Source: Macrostomum lignano (Eukaryota). From it: DNA of 64,000 nucleotides. Below the pieces are notes generated by a model. It had not been told where the DNA came from, did not search any database, and worked only from the letters and a program-made list of their open reading frames with translations. Numbering within the stretch: the stretch's first letter is position 1; each line of letters opens with the position of its first letter. The position numbers and the translations under genes are program-made. The DNA lies in contig NIVC01003694.1 in assembly GCA_002269645.1 (NCBI GenBank), positions 18,494 to 82,493 on the forward strand, given 5' to 3'. Shown in pieces: positions 55,992-64,000 of this stretch.

Positions 55992-58900
55992 ATGGACAAA
56001 ATGAAACAGAATCAGAAGTTAAACTCGGAATCTGATTTAAAAGTGCCCGTTCAATATGAGAATAAAAAATTATCAGACGTCGAGGGCGAGGTAAGCTGTT
56101 CTGTTAAATTAAAATTTAATTTTGTTATCGTTTTCGCTTGTCTTGTGCAATGTGTGGTCTTGTGTCGTTTTATCTTTACCTTATTGTGGTTTCAGTCTCA
56201 GATTGGTGGCCAGTTTCAGTTTAGAGAAATTAGAGAAATTACTATCGATAGCACCGGATTTAATTAATCTAAGTTAACGACAGAGATAAACTATAAACAG
56301 TCTAAACTTGCTGAAATGCTTCAACAGAGCTTATTGGGTTAAAATTAAATTGTTTCTTATCAGGCTTCAGTCAGATATAGATGTTAAAGTTGAGTTGAGT
56401 TGATTTTGAGTTGGCGCCAATACTAATTCATTTGACCATACGCCACTTCATTTTGATTTGGCGCCAATTCCTTTGACTATGCGCCACTTCATTTTGATTT
56501 GGCGCCAATTCCTTTGACTGTGCGCCACTTCATTTTGATTTGGCGCCAATTCCTTTGACTATGCGCCACTTCATTTTGAGTTGGCGCTAATTCATTTGAC
56601 TATGCGCCACTTCATTTTGAGTTGGCGCTAATTCATTTGACTATGCGCCACTTCATTTTGAGTTGGCGCTAATTCATTTGACTATGAACCAGTTTCATTT
56701 GTTGGCTTCTAGTCAAAGTTCATTAGTTGTGGCGCCAGAACCGTGGCCGCTAGCAAGTCGCGCCAAATCTCATGAACTATCATCAATGCGACTTACTGCA
56801 AGGGGGGGTGCAGCCCACCGAGGCTGCTTAATTGAATTTTCGTTTTCCCAACTCACACTCATCTCCCGAACTCGAACTCAGGCGGACAGCGATGAAGACA
56901 ACAGGCGTCAGTTAGCGCAGCCTCCTCGCCTCTCTGTCTGTCGAAAAATCCTTTTCGGATTGGCCGCCCCGCCGCTACAGATGACTAGCAATATTTGCGG
57001 CTTCTTTTTCAGCATCTTCCTACTAGAAGTAGTGAAAATGTCGCCAGTCTACGTGTCAATTATCACATTCTCTGGTCGAGCCTGGGACGCCATAACCGAC
57101 CCGCTGGTTGGTCAGCTGGTGTTTCGCACAGACACGCGGCTGGGCCGAACCAAGCCTTGGCTGATTGGGGCCAGCCTGATGGGCCCAGTTTCATTCTTTC
57201 TGATGTGGATCGGTCTGCCAGCCATCAATGTTGATGGCGATGAGAGCAAAAATGTGCAGACATTTTTCTACTATTTTGCCTGCTATTTGGCCTATTGTGC
57301 CATGATTACGGTGAGGAAATCATATATTGACATTTGACAATAAGTTTAAGGCAGGGTTTTTTTCGCTGACTGGCGCTAGGATGCGAGATTGCATCGAAGG
57401 TCCAATTTCAAAGTGATGATGTGAAGCATCCTCATTGCATAATCTAGTTTGAGGCGATTTTAAATATCAGGGAGGCCAGATTGGGTGTCAGAGGAGTTTT
57501 ATGGCGTGTCAGGTGGTTAGATTGGGTGTCAGAGGAGTTTTATGGCGTGTCAGGTGGTCAGATTGGGTGTCAGAGGAATTTTATGGGGTGTCAAGTGGCC
57601 AGATTGGGTGTCAGAGGAGTTTTATGGGGTGTCGGGTGGTCAGATTGGGTGTCAGAGGAGTTTTATGGGGTGTCAAGTGGTCAGATTGGGTGTCAGAGGA
57701 GTTTTATGGGGTGTCAAGTGGCCAGATTGGGTGTCAGAGGAGTTTTATGGGGTGTCAGATGCTCAGATTGGGTGTCAGAGGAGTTTTATGACGTGTCAGG
57801 TGGTCAGATTGGGTGTCAGGGGAGTTTTATGGCGTGTCAGGTGTCAGAGGAGTTTTATGGCGCCCTATAGGAAAAAGTTGTAAAACCGTGGACGGTGTCC
57901 GGCGCACTTTTGAAATTTTTCTAAAGTGCAGCGCGCGCACAGGCGCATCGCCTGCGCGCGCGCTGCCCTTTCTTACTGGCTGCTGTTCTAGCAAATACAT
58001 ATACATGGAAATGGGTATAATACCTCTGTTGAAGGGGCTTATACACTCGTAATTTATTAAGCTTAGAGATGTTCCAAAAATTCAATTTCAATTTTCCAAA
58101 TTTTTTTAGAGCGAATTTCAATTTCGAAAAAAATTTAGAAGTGAAAATTTTGGTAGTGTCTAAAAAGTCGCTAAAAATAAACTAATTTCTACTACATATA
58201 CATGTATTACTTTTTGGCTAAGCAGTAAATTGAAAGTAAAAAAGTAAGTGTTAATCATACTAAACTTTGTTTTTCTGAATTATGATTTCGGGAAATTTCA
58301 ATTTTGATTTTGGAAAGTTAGCGAATTTTGATTTCGACGAAACTGCAGATCTTTCGGAACATCTCTAATAATCCTAAAGCGCGGTAAAATAGTTTGACTC
58401 TTTTCTAAAGCGCGCGTCCGCGGGTTTTTAACATTTATTCCATAGTATGGCGTGTCAGGTGGTCAGATTGGGTGTCAGAGGAGTTTTATGGCGTGTCAGG
58501 TGGCCAGATTGGGTATTAGAGGAGTCGTATGGGGTGTCAATGTTAGGTGGTAAAATTGGGTATGTTAGGGCTGCATATTTCTGTGTTTCAATGGTCAGAG
58601 GTGTCAATATGGCTTATTATTCGAAACTGTCAAAGTTACATGTAATTCATAGTTCAGACGATCCAAAAGCATATTACATTATTTGTAGACAATAGCTACA
58701 ATCCAGTGTTTTTCCACACCTTAACAGTGCTACCACGTGCCCTACACCTCGTCAACCGTGCTCATATCAAATAATCCCAGCGACAAAGACGGCGCCACAG
58801 CCTCTAGAATCGGTTTCGAACTGATCTTCACCATCATTGGCAGCGGAGTTTTCGGCGTAATTATCAGTTCGAAACGAGTCAACGAGAAATGTCAGGCAGG

Positions 58901-61900
58901 CGGCCTGAAGCCCAACTTCACTGAGGAACAGCTGTTCCAAGAGGTAATTCGAAGATTAGGGTTGTGAAGATTCGGGTTTGTGAAGATTAGAGTTTGTGAA
59001 GATTAGGGTTTGTGAAGATTAGGGTTCGTGAAGATTCGGGTTTGTGAAGATTCGGGTTTGTGAAGATTAGAGTTTGTGAAGATTAGGGTTTGTGAAGATT
59101 AGGGTTCGTGAAGATTCGGGTTTGTGAAGATTAGGGTTCGTGAAGATTCGGGTTTGTGAAGATTAGGGTTCGTGAAGATTAGGGTTCGTGAAGATTAGGG
59201 TTCGTGAAGATTCGGGTTTGTGAAGATTAGGGTTTGTGAAGATTAGGGTTCGTGAAGCTTAGGGTTCGTGAAGATTAGGGTTCGTGAAGATTAGGGTTCG
59301 TGAAGATTAGGGTTTGTGAAGATTATGGTTCGTGAAGATTAGGGTTCGTGAAGATTCGGGTTTGTGAAGATTAGGGTTTGTGAAGATTAGGGTTCGTGAA
59401 GCTTAGGGTTCGTGAAGATTAGGGTTCGTGAAGATTAGAGTTTGTGAAGATTAGGGTTTGTGAAGATTAGGGTTCGTGAAGATTAGGGTTCGTGAAGATT
59501 AGGGTTCGTGAAGATTAGGGTTCGTGAAGATTAGAGTTTGTGAAGATTAGGGTTTGTGAAGATTAGGGTTCGTGAAGATTAGGGTTCGTGAAGATTAGGG
59601 TTTGTGAAGTTTAGGGTTTGTGAAGATTAGGGTTCGTGAAGATTAGGGTTCGTGAGGATAGTTTGTGAAGCTTTTATTAATATTATTGACTAATCTATGC
59701 AACACTGCGCACTACTAGTTAGTGGAAGTCAGTAGTATAATTAAACTGTATACGCTCGTAAAAGCCGTGTTTTTATTGATTTAATAATTTAATAATTCGA
59801 TTATTACTCCAGCGCCAGAGCTACATGATAGCCGCTGGTATAATATCAGCGATCTACCTTATCTGCGGCATATTTGCCATATTCGGGATTAAAGAACGCG
59901 TTAAGGACACATTCCGTCAGGACTCATTCTTCAAGAATATCCGCTGTGTGCTCACATTCAAGCCCTACCTGTTGCTAATGTTTGCGTTTCTGTTTATGTC
60001 GCTTGGAATTCAGGTGAATATTAAAAAAACCAAATTTAATATCTTTGCAAGCATCTAAAACAAGCATTATTTTCATTTTCAGATCGTACAAGCCAACTTG
60101 GGACTCTATACTACTCACAGCGTAAAGCTGAGCAGTCACATGAGTTTCGGCATAGTAACCGTATTATCTGTAGCCGTCTTGTTCGTTCCGTTCTGGTACA
60201 AAATGGCCGATATGTTTGGCAAGAAGAAGATTTTCATGTGCGGCCTCATTGTGAGTTTAATTTTCTACCTGGTCATGCGTTTTTGTTTGATTTGATTAGG
60301 GGTCGTTTGGTAGTTTAAAATAGCGAGTTTTATGACTGTGCCTGGCTCAATTGGCATTGGGTAGGGTAGGCCAGTTTTCTGACTGTTGGCTCAATTGGCC
60401 TTAGAAAGGCCAGTTTTATGACTATGCCTGGCTTAATTGGCATTAGAAAGGCCAGTTTTATGACTATGCCTGGCTTAATTGGCATTAGATAGGCCAGCTT
60501 TATGACTATCTGGCTTAATCGGCATTAGAAAGACCAGTTTTATGACTATGCCTGGCTCAATTGGCATTAGAAAGACCAGTTTTATGACTATGCCTGGCTC
60601 AATTGGCATTAGAAAGACCAGTTTTATGACTATGCCTGGCTTAATTGGCATTAATAGACCAGTTTTATGACTATGCCTGGCTTATTGGCATTAGAAAACC
60701 AGTTTTATGACTATGCCTGGCTCAATTGGCATTAGAAAGACCAGTTTTATGACTATCTGGCTTAATCGGCATTAGAAAGACCAGTTTTATGACTATGCCT
60801 GGCTCAATTGGCATTAGAAAGACCAGTTTTATGACTATGCCTGGCTCAATTGGCATTAGAAAGACCAGTTTTATGACTATCTGGCTTAATCGGCATTAGA
60901 AAGACCAGTTTTATGACTTGCTGCCTGGCTAATCGGCATTAGAAAGACCAGTTTTATGACTATGCCTGGCTCAATTGGCATTAGAAAGACCAGTTTTATG
61001 ACTATGCCTGGCTCAATTGCATTAGAAAGACCAGTTTTATGACTATGCCTGGCTTAATTGGCATTAGAAAGACCAGTTTTATGACTATCTGACTTAATTG
61101 ACATTAGATAGGGCAGTTTTATGACTATCTGGCTTAATCGGCATTAGATAGGCCAGTTTTATGACTATGCCTGGCTCAATTGGCATTAGAAAGACCAGTT
61201 TTATGACTATGCCTGGCTTAATTGGCATTAGAAAGACCAGTTTTATGACTATCTGACTTAATTGGCATTAGATAGGCCAGTTTTATGACTCATTCCTAAC
61301 ATTTTGCCTTATCCCACCACACTCTCTCCCAGCCAATGTTTCCGTGCCTGCTATTTGCAACCTTCATGCCAGCCGACAGTCTAATTTGCTATTATTCAGT
61401 GTGCGCAGTCTCTGGCCTATCAATCTCCGTTGCTATGCTAATGCCCTGGTCGATGCTACCAGACGTTATTGACGATTACTACGTGAAAAATGGGGAACGA
61501 AAAGAATCAGTGTTCTATTCTTTGTACGTGTTCTTCACCAAGTTTGCCAGCGGCATCAGCTTAGCCCTGTCCCAGTTGGCTCTGTATGCCAGCGCTACAA
61601 CAGTGAGCAGACCTGCGACCAGCCCGAGTCGGTGGGCTTGCTCTTCGCTACCTGGTCGGTCCGGGACCCGTAGTGTGCATAGCCATCTCCATGCTGCTAA
61701 TGTGCTTCTATCCGATCGATAAGGCCTATCGATTAAAGTTAAATGACGATTTGATAAAAAATTTGGCGTGTCCGGTAAATCTTTGGAACTGTCGAAGACA
61801 GCGGCGTCGGAGGAGTATGTGGAGTCGGACGAAAATTCCGGTTGCGTCAGTTACAATATCGATTGCGACAAGGCCAGGGCCAGCCAGGTTGAGACAGACA

Positions 61901-61986
61901 GTGGCGGCAGCGGAGATAGCGGGAACGGCAGCGAGACAAAGAGCACCGACTGCCTGCTGTCGCATCGAGTATTAACGGCTTCCTGA
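55992..61986 (+). CDS. MFSD2: MFSD2-like MFS (GPH family) sodium-dependent lipid symporter. Exons 55992-56090, 56882-57310, 58728-58943, 59813-60013, 60083-60250, 61333-61986; last exon carries 2-3 apparent 1-nt deletions.
   Basis: All junctions are phase-0 GT-AG. Family motifs: 'GRAWDAITDPLVG', 'GRTKPW', 'CYHVPYTS', 'ATASRIGFE', 'GIKER', 'LLMFAFLFMSLGIQ', 'MPWSMLPDVIDDY', 'ESVFYSLYVFFTKFASGISL', 'YPID'. The A/B paralog cannot be assigned. Confidence 0.9.
56400..56690 (+). repeat. 41-bp (2x~20) GCGCCA-core minisatellite, MFSD2 intron 1
   Basis: Directly visible. Confidence 0.92.
57865..58445. mobile_element. MITE (581 bp; ~30-bp imperfect TIRs; 9-bp TSD-like flanks, Mutator-like)
   Basis: Left end CTATAGGAAAAAGTTGTAAAACCGTGGACG versus reverse complement of the right end CTATGGAATAAATGTTAAAAACCCGCGGACG. 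Flanks TATGGCGCC / TATGGCGTG. Confidence 0.65.
58064..58367. mobile_element. Nested hAT-like MITE (304 bp)
   Basis: Perfect 12-bp TIR TAGAGATGTTCC...GGAACATCTCTA. The 8-bp flanks ATTAAGCT / ATAATCCT match only 5/8. Confidence 0.6.
58962..59660 (+). repeat. 16-bp minisatellite (GTGAAGATTAGGGTTC), MFSD2 intron 3
   Basis: Directly visible. Confidence 0.97.
60320..61290 (+). repeat. 42-bp minisatellite, MFSD2 intron 5
   Basis: Unit TTTTATGACTATGCCTGGCTCAATTGGCATTAGAAAGACCAG. Confidence 0.96.
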
Positions 61987-62109
61987 GTCCCAATTCGATC
62001 CCGGAGTCCAGATCCCAGTTCCAGACTGAAGTTCTTGATTTTAATTAACGAAAAACTACTAATTGTTGTCGATGCGAAATTCCAAACATCCGATCCTTTA
62101 TCTCCATCA

Positions 62110-62700
62110 CAGATTTTGGATCCCAGATCCCCAATCTTGATCTCGAATCCTAGATCCCAAATCGTAGATCCCAGATCCTAGATTCCAAATCCCAGATCTC
62201 AAATTCCAGATCCTAGATTCCAAATCCCAGATCTCAAATTCCAGATCCTAGATTCCAAATCCCAGATCTCAAATTCCAGATCCTAGATTCCAAATCCCAG
62301 ATCTCAAATTCCAGATCCTAGATTCCAAATCCCAGATCTCAAATCCCAGATCCTAGATTCCAAATCCCAGATCTCAAATTCCAGATCCTAGATTCCAAAT
62401 CCCAGATCTCAAATTCCAGATCCTAGATTCCAAATCCCAGATCTCAAATCCCAGATCTAAAATTCCACTATTCCAGATCTTAGATTCCAAATCCCAGATC
62501 TCAAATTCCAAATCCTAGTTTCCAAATCCCAGATCGTAATTCCAAATCCCAGGTCTTAAATCCCAGATACCAGATCTCTAATCTTAGATACCAGATCTAG
62601 ATCCCTAATCCTAACCCTAATTCTAGATACCGGATCCTAGATCTCCGACCCCAAATCCAGATGCTAGGTCCCGAATCATCCCAAAATCTTAGATCCCAAA
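62110..62700 (+). repeat. 35-bp minisatellite (CCAGATCCTAGATTCCAAATCCCAGATCTCAAATT)
   Basis: Directly visible; built from 7-bp subunits. Confidence 0.92.
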
Positions 62701-63289
62701 TTTTAAATTAAGACTTCTATGCGCCATATTAAATTACACTTTGCCGGTTGATTCCACTTAGCTGTAGTGTATAGAACGCCTATACTCTACTGGCCAATAC
62801 ATATTGTGTATATAATTGCTACATTATAAGATTGTTAATTCGGAATTTATATAGAAAATGGCTAGCCTATTTTTTCTATTTAATCCAGTAAATATTTGCT
62901 TTGCTCACCTGTCTTCTTACTTATCCCTTTTTTGCTTGAATGCATTTTGCTGACAATGCTGTACTAACATGCTGACTGCCCTCTCCAGCTTATTCAGTGT
63001 GCATCTGCTGTTTTGGATTGATTTTTTAAACATTTTTTTCTTTTTCTTAGTACATCTTCTATTATTCCCAATACTTTGTACGCTTGAAAACTAAACAACA
63101 ATCAATCTATACAAATTAACTAATACTACGTCAGTTTGACGGAGTTAATCCCAGTACTAATTTATTATTAAACGTTTGAGAAAATCAATATATAGAATAA
63201 TCAATTCATTTTTTATAAATTAGTTTATATAAAACAGCTTCTTTATTAATTTGTTTTTTAGTCTGCATGTAAGAATGCTCCTAGTTATG

Positions 63290-64000
63290 TTTCCCGCTCT
63301 CTCCGGCCCATTCCCCGCTCTCTCCACCCTATTCCCGCTCTCTCCGCCCCTATTCCCCGCTCTCCCCGCCCCTATTCCCCGCTCTCTTCCGCCCCTATTC
63401 CCCGCTCTCCCCGCCCCTATTCCCCCTCTCTCCGCCCCTATTCCCGCTCTCCCCGCCCCTATTCCCCGCTCTCCCCGCCCCTATTCCCCGCTCTCTCCGC
63501 CCCTATTCCCCGCTCTCCCCGCCCCTATTCCCCGCTCTCCCCGCCCCTATTCCCGCTCTCCGCCCCTATTCCCCGCTCCTCCCGCCCTATTCCCCGCTCT
63601 CCCGCCCCCTATTCCCGCTCTCTCCGCCCCTATTCCCGCTCTCCCCGCCCCTATTCCCCGCTCTCTCCGCCCCTATTCCCCGCTCTCCCCGCCCTATTCC
63701 CCGCTCTCCCGCCCCTATTCCCCGCTCTCTCCGCCCCTATTCCCCGCTCTCCCCGCCCCTATTCCCCGCTCTCCCCGCCCCTATTCCCGCTCTCTCCGCC
63801 CCTATTCCCGCTCTCCCCGCCCCTATTCCCCGCTCTCCCGCCCTATTCCCGCTCTCCCGCCCCTATTCCCCGCTCTCTCCGCCCATATCCCCGCTCTCGC
63901 CTATTCCCCGCTCTCCCCCGCCCCTATTCCCCCCTCTCCTCCGCCCCTATTCCCCGCCCCTATTCCCGCTCTCCCGCCCCTATTCCCGCTCTCCCTGCCC
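63290..64000 (+). repeat. ~22-bp C-rich minisatellite (CCCCTATTCCCCGCTCTCCCCG), runs off the window end
   Basis: Directly visible; homopolymer lengths are heterogeneous. Confidence 0.96.

Larger units (their letters stand above)
57470..58545 (+). repeat. 41-bp minisatellite (TTGGGTGTCAGAGGAGTTTTATGGGGTGTCAGGTGGTCAGA) split by an insertion at 57865-58445
   Basis: Array at 57470-57864 resumes at 58446. Confidence 0.92.

Overview
This is eukaryotic (animal) genomic DNA: short GC-rich exons sit in a matrix of about 35 micro- and minisatellite arrays and transposon debris. The style resembles a free-living flatworm such as Macrostomum, but that assignment is inference only. Genes assembled by hand from GT-AG splice sites and reading frames are: a neuropeptide-type class A GPCR (+, 5' end outside the window), intronless TBCA (-), an 11-exon COG3 (-), a single-exon RING-CH protein without a TM segment (-), a LamG-like exon (+), a two-exon gene end with a SAM-like domain (+), a divergent ankyrin/TRPV-like channel (-), a small secreted acidic prepropeptide-like ORF (+), and a 6-exon MFSD2-like transporter (+) whose last exon has apparent single-base frameshifts. 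Mobile elements are two mariner remnants, a degenerate Ty3/Gypsy pol fragment, a structurally complete non-coding LTR mini-element (289-bp LTRs, PBS, PPT, 4-bp TSD) about 350 bp upstream of the COG3 start codon, two copies of a tRNA-headed CORE-type SINE, and several MITEs, including a nested pair inside a minisatellite. Most long ORFs in the supplied track are repeat translations. There are no CRISPR arrays, rRNA genes or bona fide tRNA genes. All alignments were done by eye; no database search was run.
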